A stretch of 63,934 bases of DNA, counting the filler, from Octopus bimaculoides (Eukaryota), in assembly GCF_001194135.2 (NCBI RefSeq). It is 7 parts of 6 records of this genome, joined end to end, with 100 filler letters (N's around TTAATTAATTAA, not from the genome) between each part and the next. Parts side by side here need not be neighbours in the genome. Positions count along the whole stretch, not along the records: positions 20,282 to 38,294 come from NC_068983.1; positions 38,395 to 48,141 come from NC_068984.1; positions 48,242 to 57,641 come from NC_068987.1; 4 more parts are not named here. One strand, given 5' to 3'. Below the pieces are notes generated by a model. It worked only from the letters and a program-made list of their open reading frames with translations, did no database searches and had not been told where the DNA came from. Both the position numbers and the translations under genes were made by a program. Shown here piece after piece: positions 37,311 to 50,800 of this stretch (positions are counted from its first letter, which is position 1; every line of letters begins with the position of its first letter).

Positions 37311-37928
37311 AACACACATGACGGGTTTCTTTCAGTTTCCGCTAACCAAATGCACTCACAAGGCTTTTGATCAACTCGAAGTTATAATATAAGGTGTCAC
37401 ATAATAGGACTCAAACCTATGTGGCTGGGAAACGAACTGGTTTCGTGTTCACTCGCAATTTGTGTGTGTGTGTGTGTGAGTGCGCATGCACACACATACA
37501 TGCCACTGAGATACTCATAAAAATAACCGATATAGATAACACAAAAATACAATGCTACAGTGTACTACAGAATATATTTAAAGAGGCGGGAATTTACATA
37601 TGACAATAATACAGTGTTGGATAAGAATGTACAGATATACTTTGTCGTACACTTTAACATTGAAGCAAACCAATTTTGTTAATCGAACTAGTTGTCAAAG
37701 TGCGTGTTGCGCGCGCGCAAATTGGTTTATGGGTTTATAAATAATGCCTCGTTGGACAGTTAAAGAGGGTATTCAGAGAGTTTTTAAAATCTCCACACAG
37801 GACTGAAACTAGTCTTCTTTTTCTGTTCGATAAGGCAGTGTATACTCAAACAAAATGTTTATATCTGTCTACACGGTTTTGTCTAAACACGTATTGACGT
37901 GTTTCTGCGAAGATATTTTATCAACATA

Positions 37929-38294
37929 CTAGCAGTATAACCCGACCTTGTCCGGGTGCGACTTATTATGCCATCTACGATAAGTCTTGCTAGCTGAAAA
38001 TCAACTAAAAAAGAAAGCCTTACAACGAAAAAACCCTTATGATGTAAATATGTTCATAATTCAAAAGACGATGAAATTAATAGGGAAAGTCTGAAGGCTG
38101 CTTTGCGTAAAATTATTAAGCATACGTAAATTTCATCCGTGTAATTGGCTATAGAAATGCTTGTGCAAAACAACTTTTTGCGCTGCCCTGATTATACATA
38201 GCAGGGTAATCCCTTTTCACAGGAGCTAGGATGGCAATTTGTGATGAAGCAATTGCTGTCGATCTGTTGCTAAACAGTTTTGCCAGAATTCTAT
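37929..38294 (-). mobile_element. Helitron-like 3' end (extent upstream uncertain; runs into a gap)
   Basis: Minus strand hairpin acccggacaaggtcgggt, then tatactg-CTAG-T. Same terminal architecture as 27953-27982. Confidence 0.65.
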
Positions 38295-38394
38295 NNNNNN
38301 NNNNNNNNNNNNNNNNNNNNNNNNNNNNNNNNNNNNNNTTAATTAATTAANNNNNNNNNNNNNNNNNNNNNNNNNNNNNNNNNNNNNNNNNNNN

Positions 38395-38800
38395 AGAACA
38401 AAAGAATAAAAGAATATATATACATATATACGTATATGCGTATACGTACACCAGGCGTACACATTCATACCTATACACTCATGCGCACAGTTTCATAGCA
38501 AAAAAAAAAGAAAAAGAGCAAAAAATCGACAATCGCGGGTGTTACGTTGCACCCACCCCACCGCGATAGGTGAAAATCCGCAAAGTAGAAACAGTACTGT
38601 ATTATATATTTTTTCTTTATTATTTTTAGAATCTGTATATATTTTTATTTTATCATAAATGCAAAAGAACACCATCGAGTAATCGACGTAAGCTTAAATA
38701 ATAAACCACGAAAGGTGAGACGCGATATGTGAAACGCGATAGGTGAACCGCTATAGGGGAACCGCGATAGGTGAACCACGATATGGCGGTGGGGTTACTG
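38395..38800. mobile_element. Tc1/pogo-type MITE right end with subterminal ~14 bp repeats
   Basis: Repeats cgcgataggtgaac x4-5 end in ggcggtggggttactg followed by TA (38801-38802). The left end is probably lost in the gap. Confidence 0.65.
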
Positions 38801-38989
38801 TATATGGACCTATAAACCGTCTGGAGCTCCTCCGAGTATTGTTCACGGGAAGTGTGAACGTTGAAGCTTTATAAAATCTGACGAAAATTAAAGTTTATCT
38901 TCAGATTCGAGCAAAGAAATATCTTCCCGGACCGAATAGTTTTTTTTTCTCTTTTCTAACACTGAAGCCTATACACACGTACACACATT

Positions 38990-39034
<45 letters not shown>

Positions 39035-39865
39035 GCATACATACATATGCGTCTTCGTGTGTCTGTGCATAGAACCATAATTCAAACTGTTTAGTTAATT
39101 AATATAAACTTAAATTATTCGACTTCGCAAAAAGTGATCACATTCACCAGCATGAATCGACCCCCATCTCTTTGGTGCGCCAAGTGGCAGTGCTACCGAC
39201 TATACCAAATTTTCAGCCCCGATTAGGTAACCCTTATTCCAATATACTACGGAGTTAATACTGTTTCCGTCTGTATCTTATGCGATGCAATGCATTTCGG
39301 TTTGTGACATTCAATTTGTTCCTTCAATTCTATAAAAAGACACAACTTGAAAGTCTTTTAGGCAACAATGGAACTTTACAAACCAACCAGAGCAGCTTTA
39401 GTTAACCAATAGGTTTGCTAAAAATAACAGCCTAATCTCCAAAGTATCGCCATCATATTGACTTAAACATGGGCGTTTTGTATAATGTACTTCAGGACTC
39501 TATGGTTGGAAAATAAATGAGGTGGGTATGTTTGGGACGCCTTTGATCATAATAAGCTTGCTCAGTCGTGGCTTACGTTGAGATTAAGCAATAGCAACAA
39601 GAACAAGAACAAGCATAACATCAGCAACAATTATAACAACAACAACAAGAAGCCTTAAAGATGTTTGACATTCCAAATTAAACTATTTCATTAATTCTAA
39701 AGTAATATAAATCAGATTAGACATAATGCTTACATGATAACATAAAGCGAACCCTTTTACCCCTGGTTTATCATCTGATGAGCAATGCTTAGTATCAACA
39801 ACAACACCTGCTGATAAGACGACAAACCCTCTGATTTAATATTGTAATATTATGATGAAATAGAA

Positions 39866-40290
39866 GGCGGCGAGCTGGCAGAAACGTTAGCACGCCGGGC
39901 GAAATGCTTAGCGGTATTTCGTCTGTCTTTACGTTCTGAGTTCAAATTCCGCCGAGATCGACTTTGCCTTTCATCCTTCGGGGTCGATAAATTAAGTACC
40001 AGTTACGCACTGGTGGGTCGATGTAATCGAGTTGATCCCTTTGTCTGTCCTGGTTTGTCCCCTCAATGTTTAGCCCCTTGTAGGCAATAAAGAAATAAGA
40101 AACGTTAGTACGCCGGGCGAAATGCTAAGAAGTATTTCGTCTGTCTTTACGTTCTGAGGTTGACTTTGTCTTTCATCCTTTCGGGGTCGATAAATTAAGT
40201 ACCAGTTGTGTACTGGAGTCAGTCTAACCGACTGGCCCCCATTCCCTAAAGTTTCGGGCCTTGTTCTTAGAGTAGAAAAAAATATTACCA
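39866..40290 (+). mobile_element. SINE A dimer: full copy (39866-40102) fused at AGAAA to a headless copy
   Basis: ...aaagaaataagaaa|cgttagtacgccgggcg... Confidence 0.88.
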
Positions 40291-40414
40291 GAAAATATGG
40301 CATCGAGATGAGTCGGTGTTGGAAGTGGTGTGCGTCGAACAAAACATTGCTTACAGTGGATTTGAACTTACGGTTGATGACATAAAAATTAGATTTCTTA
40401 AACATACATTCCTA

Positions 40415-40453
<39 letters not shown>

Positions 40454-41365
40454 ATTCACGTACATACATCTACACAAATGTATTCACGTATAGACACATA
40501 CATACATGTATTCACGTACATACAAACCTATATACATGTATATACACATATATACACACAAACCTAAATACACGTTTATGCATGCATACGCATAAAATGC
40601 ATGAAGATATATATCAACAGCCGATATCAATAACTGGTTGCATTTCAATGGTTAAATGGTTAATTATTGCGAAGTGGATTGCCTGACAAGATTGGGTGAA
40701 ACCATAGTCAGATCTCTATCGGGAGACACGCGGACACAGACGTTAATATCAATATCTCCGTTATAGTGATAGCGTCAGAGAAGGTGGAGGGGAGGACACT
40801 TCATCAGTAATTGATAGCTTTCACTAATAATAATAGTAATAATAATGATAATAATAATAATAATGATGATGATGATGATTTTTTTATTAACCACAAAGGG
40901 TTTACATTAAGAAAAACATTATGGACAGTAGGGGACAAAACAAAGAATGTGTGTGTATGTGTGTGTGTGTGTGTGTGTGTGAGAGTGAGAGAGTGTGTGT
41001 GTGTGTACGTGTATATGTGTGAGTGTGTGTGTGTGTGTATGTGCATGAGTGTGTATGTGTGTGAGTGTGTGAGAGTGTGTAAATCCACTAAATAAGACGT
41101 ATAATTGTTCTCTAAATTGTTTTTGACATTGGAAGGTTTAGAATTGTTGACGTGAAGGTTTATCTGGGTAGAGGGCGTTGATTTGTACCCAGCACACCAA
41201 TACCCCGTCTATCTAACCTTCCTTGGCATCGTAGCTACGATAAGCAATTGACGTTACTCACCCACCCGTTATTTTGTGAATGCGGGTGGAGTTGTTGCTG
41301 AGTATTGAACCGTTTGTCCAGGAAACAACACTGTATCGCTGTTATCAAATATTTTTTCTTGACAG

Positions 41366-41502
41366 GACGCCCCACGCCCACTCGCAGCCTTCAGTATATT
41401 ACGCCATCACCTAAATTCCAGCCAACACGAAATCCCACCGTGGCACTCACTCCTCACTTGCTACAACAACGGGGTCACTCTTTGGCTGAAATGGTTCAGT
41501 GA
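41366..41502 (+). other. Candidate terminal coding exon, host gene unknown
   Basis: Strong acceptor attttttcttgacag. Phase-1 frame (G)RPTPTRSLQYITPSPKFQPTRNPTVALTPHLLQQRGHSLAEMVQ* in non-repetitive sequence. Confidence 0.3.
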
Positions 41503-41663
41503 CTCAAGACACCACAGATCGATTGATTAGGTTCTCTTGCAGAAGAGTGAAGGAGTGGGGGACACCATGCAATGACGTTAATGGCGAGAACATGTCAATA
41601 CCACCCCTAACCTGCATAGCACCAACATCATCATCATCATCATCATCATCATAATGATTTCGT

Positions 41664-41710
<47 letters not shown>

Positions 41711-41909
41711 GTTGCTGCTGCTGCCGCCGATCCTGCTGTTGCTACCGCCGCCGCCGCCGCTGCTGCTGGTGGTGGTGGTGGTGCCAATGTATTTTTATGA
41801 GCCAGATGGTGGTGGTGATGACGACGAGTTTCATCCGTGACAAGGCCAATGAGCTAAAATAGAGTGCAGTGACCAACGCACAAATGAAGACGAAGAGCAA
41901 ACACTGCAT

Positions 41910-41949
<40 letters not shown>

Positions 41950-42255
41950 NNNNNNNNNNNNNNNNNNNNNNNNNNNNNNNNNNNNNNNNNNNNNNNNNNN
42001 NNNNNNNNNNNNNNNNNNNNNNNNNNNNNNNNNNNNNNNNNNNNNNNNNNNNNNNNNNNNNNNNNNNNCACACGCATAGCTTACGACTGAGGCCAGCACG
42101 TTCGTTCTTCAACCTTCTTTCTGGATGTATATGACGTTTGTAGGGTTTTAGAACTGTGGTGTTTTTCACCATCTGTGCAACCGGATTCATTTCGGTTGCC
42201 GTCTATCTATCTATCTATCTATCTATCTGTCTATCTATCTATCTACCTTCCTGCC

Positions 42256-42298
<43 letters not shown>

Positions 42299-43299
42299 GT
42301 GCGTGCGTGTGTGTGTGTGTGTGTGTATGTTTCTGTTTGTGTATGTGCTTGTTTGCGTAAGGGACGTTCTCTCCATGTCTGCTGTATCTCCCATAAGAAA
42401 CATTGTTGAAGGAAACATTTTACAATTCAATTCCTTGTCTTCAGTATATTCCAGAGGAGTCATTAACACCCTCCAATAACCCCTTCTAAAGAACACAAGA
42501 ATGGTGATGTTTCGACAACATTGTCCAGTTGGTACAGAACATGAACATAAGACAAGAATTCCAATGTCAATCACGTGTCTTCTGTTTATTCTTCAGTAAG
42601 AATTGTTCTTTGTTCCAATGAACGAGCTTTTAGAAAGCAAGACCGATAAATGATTGCTACTGTCCTCCTTCTAGACTATTGATCAGCAATCGAGGCCCCG
42701 AAACATCGTTGACACCTCAAGACTGACGTGCAAGTAACGCAGCTTCTGCGGTTGATCCGACTCTGTCAAACGACGTTCGAAACTAGCAACCAGCCAGAAA
42801 ATATATGAATGTTGGTATATTGAGAACACAAGATTCACTGACACTAGGACATTCAGCGGGGAATGATACTTTTAAAAACACGAAGCGATGGGTCTTTAAA
42901 TGCCCAACCTTCAATAAAATCAAGGTTGACGCCGCGAAGAAGAGGAGAAAAATATTTATTTGGTCGCTTCTTGAAGTAATTGCGATCTTATCTTTGTAAT
43001 GAACTCGCCACCCTTCACAAGTAACAAAATATATGTTATCTTTGTGCAGACACGTAATGATATCTTAATCAGCAGGCTGTCAACTTTTGCTTTCTCAACA
43101 ACTTCCTTTGATTTCCTTCGCCACCAACAGAATGCCTCAATTATCGCTCGATGATCTACCAGTTACACGTTATTCTTTGAATCAACCGTGAAGTTGAGAG
43201 GCGTGGATAAACGAACAACGAAACGTTATTTTATCAGCTCTTTGCTACAAGAAATTCTGACCTTTCTTTATGGCCTATGAAAATATTTTGATATATTTC

Positions 43300-43349
<50 letters not shown>

Positions 43350-43480
43350 CACGAAAAATATCAGCTTTATTTTGCTGGGTATGATGGAAATTGTCAGATG
43401 CCCACAGCCGGCAGACTAAGGTGACACTTGTTTACAAAGCATGCTTCAAAAACTATGCGGAGGACTCTTGCAGTCTAAGC

Positions 43481-43549
<69 letters not shown>

Positions 43550-43930
43550 CATCATTACTATTCATTTGGCCCCCTGTCGTCTGCCATTTCAAACTTGAAC
43601 TCTGTCTTCTTTTTCCTTTGCCCCATGACACCGTGTTAGGTACAAAACTCTGACGCGGCATTCGTATTATTGGACTATGTTTGGTATGTGTAACAGTAGA
43701 GATAGTGTGCGTAGTGGGGCAGCAACTGTTGGACCCCAACCAACCATGTCTTGTGTGAACGCAGCTAGAACATAAGGGTAGGACATATAACGAGGGGAAC
43801 GCATATGGAGCCGGTCGAGAGTCTAGAATTAACTGCTAAATGCCACTCAGTATTCTAAAATCGATATACCATTCCTGGTTGAGAACCACACGGCGCACAC
43901 CGAAACACACACACTAACACACATACACAC

Positions 43931-43961
<31 letters not shown>

Positions 43962-44679
43962 CATACATACATACATACATACCCGTTTGTGTATACATAC
44001 ATATATTGAGGATGTATATGGTTATGAGCGTATGCAAGAGAGAATCCAAAGAACTTGTCAAGGTGATTTAGCCCCAAGTCAGGCGTCATAGAGAAGGCCT
44101 ATGATCAAAAACATTCCAGCCGTGACCATGTTGTTTTTTTTCCTTATGTGCAACGAACTGGGGAGCACTTTATGCAAATTAATGGGACAGGTGAATTTAG
44201 GGAGATATGGTTGCTAGAAATAGCAGGTAAGACGTCTATGTCAGTAATTGACCCAGGAAAGAAGCAAGTGTCTGAGGTGGGCAAAATGGAATTTGTCGAG
44301 TGTAAAGACTTATTAACAAACACGTATACACATACACGCATGCACAGATAAGGATGCGCCCATACATACACACATACACACACGAAAAGAAATGTGGAAT
44401 TGTTGAGTTTCAGAAATTCTCAGAGGCCATTGGAAAAGCAATTAGTGAGCATTGTTACTTGTTGTACGGATGACAGCACCAAGAATGGCAGCAGCAAAAG
44501 CAGCAGCAAGTGGCACCATACTATTTAATTGGCTCTGTGATGTCAAATCTAGTGAGAAGGGCAAATAATTTGATGTCACCTTATTACAGTATAACGTTTA
44601 CATTCTAATTTTGTCTATCCAATGAGAAAATAACAATCGATGTGTGTATATGGGTGTATGCGTGCATGTATGTGTCTAA

Positions 44680-44714
<35 letters not shown>

Positions 44715-45009
44715 TATACATAATAATGAGAAGGTTAATCAAGAGCTGATTACTTTCCCCAAGAGTAACTCAATGTGGTTGCACTCACACACAGATTACG
44801 AAAGAGAGTCAATATCAGCGGTTATCGAATTGAGATCTCTTTCATCTTTCTTTTCTCTCTACATTCTGTCGATAAATGTGTGTGTGTGTACTATATTATA
44901 TGTTATGTATCATATTATGTTATACTATATTATATTATGTTATATTATATTACATTATATTATATCATATATCATATATAGGGTGACAATGTTGCAGTCA
45001 CTCATCTCT

Positions 45010-46045
45010 CGCAGGATTTTCCCCTCCTCCCAGCACCGACACAGTAGTTTCAGCAAGTGGCTGAGTAGAACTCTCCTTGCACATCTGATGATCTCTGGTG
45101 GGACAAAAGCGACTGCAGTAATTACCAAAGCATCTTGCTATTAAGCATCTTTGGGAAGGTCTTTGCCCGCGTGGCCTTAAACAGGTTACAGAAAATCGCT
45201 GTGAGAGTACCCCTGGAATCACTGTGCGGTTTCAGATCATAAAGCCCTACCATCGATATGATCTCTCTTCGACAGCTACAGGAGAAATGCTATTCACGGA
45301 TGATGCAGCAATGACACTGCACTCTGAGGACAAACTTTCAAAGGTCAGCCAGGAATTCAGCTTGTCTATCAGTCTAAAGAAGACAAGCTGGAGGTAATCC
45401 AGACAAACTGGGGATAATCCATGAATTAACCTATCTCGGCTCTACCATCGCAGAAGACCTCTTCCTGGACCTTAAGATCAACAAGCGAATTGGACAAGCA
45501 TCCTCCACTTTTTCCATGCTCACAAAGAGAGTCTGGGAAAACAAGCTTATTGCAGACACCAAGATTGCTGTGTATAAGGCGTGTGTCCTTAGTACGCTAC
45601 TTTACGGCAGTGAGACTTGGAACCTCTACTCCGGACAGGAGCGCTGTCTCAACGTCTTCCATCTTCGTAATTTGAGACGCATCTTAGATATCAAGTGGAC
45701 CGACCACATCATCGATACCGAAGTCCTCAACCGAGCCAAGACACCCAACATACTCACCCTGCTCCAGCAACGTCGTTTCGCGCTAGCTCGGTCATGTGCA
45801 TCGCATGCCGGACAGGAGGATCCCAAAAGACCTCTTGTATGGGGAATTGGTCTCCGGCACAATAGCACGAGGATGATGACCTCAACTTCGTTTCAAGAAC
45901 ATCTGTAAGAAAGATATGAAGTCGCTTGACTTAACAGTCGGATATAAATCCCCTGAAGACTTCTCTCAACTAATAGAGGACCGAAATGGGTGGCGTGTGC
46001 GGGTCAAAAGTGTCCGTGCAAGCTCGACTAGACGATGGTGATGAT
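45010..46045 (+). mobile_element. RTE/BovB-like LINE fragment (RT remnants and C-terminal domain), internally deleted
   Basis: LGKVFARVALNRLQK, LRQLQEKC, LFTDDA, KRVWENKL...VYKACVLSTLLYGSETW...FHLRNLRRILDIKW, GHVHRMPDRRIPKDLLYGEL. Confidence 0.9.
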
Positions 46046-47039
46046 TAGACAATTGCCTGCTGCATTCGGACCAGGTATAAGATCTAATAATATATATCTC
46101 AGACTAGTTTGGGAAACCCCGGAGAATAATCATGAGCACTGTCGCTCCTCAAAACTGACCCCCAAAAAATTCTTCAGTTGTGTTCAGCTTCGATAATTTC
46201 ATATTCCTGTTTAGTTTAATTTCTGCCTTATCTTCTGAATGAAATAACAACAAAGGCACATATTAACGCGTTTTATAGTAAATAGCAAAGTATTATATGA
46301 ACGATACTTTCATTTATAGAAACATCGTCGCCGGATTTGAATTTGCCTAACAAATAGATTTGTTGGCAAATTTCGATTTGTGCGTTACTGAGTTTTGCCT
46401 GTTGATTTTTAATAAAGCTTCTACAGTTAATCGTTTGGTTACATTGTTTTCGTTGTCCAGTTACGTTTTTCTCTCTGTTCGAAATTATAATACGTTAAAA
46501 TATCTCTTTATGGTAAATGCTCAGTCAACCGGAGAGACAGAGAGTCGTATTTGTGAAGCCGATTGGTGAGGCCGACGTATAATAATAATAATGTATAAAA
46601 AGAAACAAAACAATATGGAAAAAAAACTTAGCTGATAATAATACTAGCATCGTATTTAGAATTCCACAAGAAGAAATAAATAGATAGAATATTTTATTCA
46701 TAGCAAAAGAAAACACACAGATCGTTGACAATACTATCAGTTACAACTTTATTCCCATGACCCTTTATTGCCTATTACAAAACGTACCAGAAATTCTGCA
46801 TTATCATTACTTCATTCGGAAGATAAGACCAATAAAGTCGTAAAACGTCAATAAACTTAAGGATGTTTTTGCTTTCAACTAGATATAAAAGACATACAAG
46901 GAAATGTGGAAAATAGTTTAAAGTATTAAACTCAAACACAGTCATGTGTATATGTTCGTGTACCTACATATAGACTTAGAAAAGTTTATGCCAAAATTGG
47001 TCGTGGTCAGGGCTAACTTAGTAGCACCACCCAGAAAAG

Positions 47040-47460
47040 ACATTTAATGTCATATTACAGCCATTGTTTGGGAGCCGTAGCCCATTCGAGTAATGAGTTA
47101 TTGTTTGTAGAGATAGATTCGGGTGTACATGCTTTAATGGAATTTGTTGGAGATATTCGTTTAAGAACCGTTTGAATGCCGTGAGATCTTTTTCTTATTT
47201 TAAGAGATCAGGATCAGTTGAGAAGAAATAATTCTGTCTTAGTATTCTGATGTGACGCGAGCGTGGTTTTTGTAGCAGACGGCTTACAAAAGTTGATACT
47301 AACCTCATTTGGGAAATGCTGCTGGAATATTTTCCGCATCTTACAAATGATACAGCATTTGCGGCAGCATTGGGCAGAATAAAGTTTAAACTTCTCGAGA
47401 CTATCCCAATAATCAAGTCCTGCCAAGTTGTCAGTTTTTCTCTGGAGTGCCTCAATTTTT
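47040..47460 (-). mobile_element. CR1-like LINE 3' fragment
   Basis: LDYWDSLEKFKLYSAQ...IIC...KIFQQHFPN resembles the CR1 motif LSYWERLKxLxLYSLQRRRER. Confidence 0.75.
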
Positions 47461-48094
47461 ACGTATGTCTATCTTTCAACTGCCACACACATGGATGGAG
47501 AAGGTGCGAAAGTTAGTTGTCTGCTGTTACTTTTCATATGATCGTGCGTGTGCGCATGTGAACGTGTGGATGTCAATGCAAACTTAGATTAGTCCCCAAA
47601 GGCACAGCATTCACAGTTATGTTTGCTTTAATACTAACTTCTCTAATTTAGTTTCTATAGAATTCAAAATAATTTCAAGCGTTATGATAAGTGCTAATCA
47701 TTGTCTTCCGTCAACAATTGTCTCCTCTTCGCAGCATCGCAATTCACACTTATTTCTCGGTAACCGATCCCACGTGATGCCTTATTATATTAGATCTAAG
47801 GTTACTTAACCGCAGCAAATTTAAAGCACTTTTAATCTCATTCATACAAAAAAATCACACCGGGATACATGCAAAGTGGAATGATTATAACGCTTACATA
47901 TACACACACATACGCGCGCACATACACAAATGCGCATATTTATATAAGGCAGTAAGGAGGATTGGCAAAACCGCAAAATCGCTAGGACGCCGGAAAAATT
48001 ACTTCGTCTGGTTCTTCGCATGATGTGTTCAAATCGGGCTCAGATCAACTTTGCCTTCATTGACTGCCTCGCTCGACAAAATAAAAATAACTGC

Positions 48095-48141
<47 letters not shown>

Positions 48142-48244
48142 NNNNNNNNNNNNNNNNNNNNNNNNNNNNNNNNNNNNNNNNNNNNTTAATTAATTAANNN
48201 NNNNNNNNNNNNNNNNNNNNNNNNNNNNNNNNNNNNNNNNNAAA

Positions 48245-49495
48245 TGGTGCTATTTCCGTGCCCCCGGCACGGAAGCCAGACAGCTGGTGCTCAGGCAACG
48301 ATCACACTCGGACGGTGCTCTTAGTGATCTACTGGTCCAGGTACCATCATGATTTCGCTTTCGCTTGCCCCAACAGGTCTTCGCAAGCTGAGTTTGGTGT
48401 TGAATGAAGGAGACGTTGGCATGGGTGCCAGTCTACAAATTTAGTTTGATTTCGATTTCACTTGCCTCAACAGGTCTTCGCAAGCAGAGTTTAGTGTCCA
48501 AAGAAGGAATCTTACACATAAGTGGGCTGGCTACATCCCAGGCAGAGACCTCAGATTTTGGTCTCACTTGGCTTGCCAAGTCTTCTCACGCACAGCATAT
48601 TTCCAAAGGTCTCGGTCGCAAGTCATTGCCTTGGTGAGGCCTAATGTTCGGAGGTCGTGCTTCACCACCTCATCCCAGGTCTTCCTGGGGCTGCCTCTTC
48701 AACGGGTTCCCTCAACCGCTAGGGTGTGGCACTTTTTCACACAGCTATCCTCATCCATTCTCGCCACATGTCCATACCAGTGCAATCGTCTCTCTTGCAC
48801 ACCACAACTGATGCTTCTTAGGTTCAACTTTTCTCTCAAGATACTTACACCCTGTCAGGTATGCACACATTACTCATCCATCGGAGCATATTGGCTTATT
48901 CATTGCGAGCTTACGCATGTCCTCAGCAGTCACGGCCCATGTTTCACTGCCATGTAGCATGGCTGTTTGTACACATGCATCATACAGTCTGCCTTTTACT
49001 CTGAGTGAGAGGCCCTTTGTCGCCAGCAGAGGTAAGAGCTCTCTGAACTTTGCCCAGGCTATTCTTATTCTAGCAACTACACTTTCAGCGCACCCTCCCC
49101 CACTACCAACTTGGTCACCCAGATATCGAAAGCTATCAAATACGTCCATTTTTTCTCCCTGGAATGTGACAGAAGTTGTTTTCTGCACATTTTCAGTGTT
49201 TATTGCACCTGAATATCTGCCACATACAAAAACTAACTTCCTAGTTAACCTGCCTTTGATATTGCTGCCCCTCTTATGTGTCCATGGCTTGCACTGAGTA
49301 CATCTTATAGAGTTTCTACCTACACCTTTTCTAGAGATCAAGCAGGGCCATCTACCTGAAGGGGATTGTGTTTTGTCTACCTTCCTACTTATTAGTACCT
49401 TGGTTTTAGCTAGGTTGACTCTAAGGCCCTTCAATTCTAGTCCCTGCTTCCACACCTAAAACTTCTCTTCTAGTTCTGATAGTGACTCAGCAATT
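48245..49495 (-). mobile_element. 5'-truncated RTE LINE (end of RT, thumb, Zn-finger region, 3' UTR)
   Basis: ORF 48874-49455: WKQGLELKGLRVNLAKTKV...FRYLG...RIRIAWAKFRELLPLL...AMLHGSETW. Same family as 51617-55115. Confidence 0.93.
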
Positions 49496-49531
49496 AGTGC
49501 ATATATATACATATATATATGTATGCATGTA

Positions 49532-49579
<48 letters not shown>

Positions 49580-49592
<13 letters not shown>

Positions 49593-50800
49593 CATATACA
49601 AAGTATGGGGGTTTAGTTCACAGGTGATCTAAACAATTAGGTGGGCTAGGTAAGTGCTGTAACAGATCACTAGGGCTCCAAGGTTTTAAAATAAATTAAG
49701 AATGAATTAAAGAATTAATATTTATTTCATAAAGTGATGAGGTAAGGTAGATAGAAGAGATATAGGAAAGATAGAAGAGATATAAAGAGGTATGTGTTAA
49801 TGATCATAGGGGTTTGTATGTGGGTGCTATTCATGGGAGGAGAACTTACATTTAGATTTATGAAATAATTTAAAGGTGCGGAAGAATTTGTGCTTACACA
49901 TAGTGAAGGCCTTATATTTATTAAGCGATTGTGAATTGTGGGTTAAAATTTTGAGGGCCTCTTTTAAGCAGTGTCCACAACTAGAGTGTTGGCCCTGATA
50001 TGGGATACCCAAGTCTATTATAATCCAGGAAAGTTTATATTGTATTTTTCTATTAATCAGATGGTGTATGTGGTTGGATAGTGATATAGAATTGCTATTC
50101 TCTTTATATTTAAATGTGCATAATATCTGTGTTTAAAATTTGTGAAAGATCCAATGTAGTAGCTATAGGAGTTATTTACTATGTTGTGAATGGTGTATTG
50201 GGCTTGCAGTGGGCAGTCTGTCCCAAATCTGAAGTTGCAGTTATCAGTTCTACAATGATTAATTGGAGAGAAAGAAGAGGTAGTGCTGGTAGAGACTAGG
50301 GTGGTATTAGGTGAATCGATCATGATATTGCTGTTATTATTGCTGTCGTTTCTAGTATAAATATGAATGCCAGTGTTACCATTATTATTAGTTTCATCAT
50401 TATCATTATCAGCATTGCTGTTGTAATTATTATTATCATTACTACTGGCAGCAACAGCAGTAACAGTAGCAGTAGTAGTAGTAGTAATAGCAGCAGCAGC
50501 AGCAGTAGTAGTATCATTGGTAATAGTGTTAGTATTAGTGGTGGTAGAGGAGGTGGTATTAGTGATGTTATTATTGCAGCTATTAGTAGTTGTGTTTGTC
50601 GTAAGAGTGTTAGTAGTAGTACTATTTTCAGTAATGATAATATTGCCATTGGTGTTAGTATTAATATTATTGCTAGTCCTATTAGGAGTTGAAGTATATG
50701 TATTATTAGTTGTAGTGGTTATAATATAGTTAGTATTGTTAGTATCAGTGTGTCTATTAGTGTGTGTGTGTGTATATACATATGTGGATGAAGGTATATA
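49580..50800 (-). mobile_element. Penelope-like element 3' part (Cys linker + GIY-YIG endonuclease) preceded by an in-frame Thr/Asn-rich tract
   Basis: CRTDNCNFRFGTDCPL...YYIGSFTNFKHRYYAH, then SLSNHIHHL...WIII...PY...CGHCLKEALKI...LNK...CKHK. Confidence 0.85.

Noticed and set aside
38720-38790. Short regularly spaced repeats resembling a CRISPR array
   Set aside because: Contiguous ~14-bp subterminal repeats of a MITE with no unique spacers, in a eukaryotic context.
39150-39215. tRNA-like A/B boxes on the minus strand (also ~26650-26710)
   Set aside because: No cloverleaf can be formed. Most likely decayed SINE heads, not tRNA genes.
46095-46140. Hammerhead-like relics (aaactagtc here; also 37805, 42680-42715, 49630-49680, 61170)
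   Set aside because: Two or more core nucleotides or helix II are missing, so they are indistinguishable from chance.
46335-46380. Short hairpin aatttgcctaacaaat/atttgttggcaaattt as a possible pre-miRNA
   Set aside because: Stem too short and loop too small for a canonical pre-miRNA.
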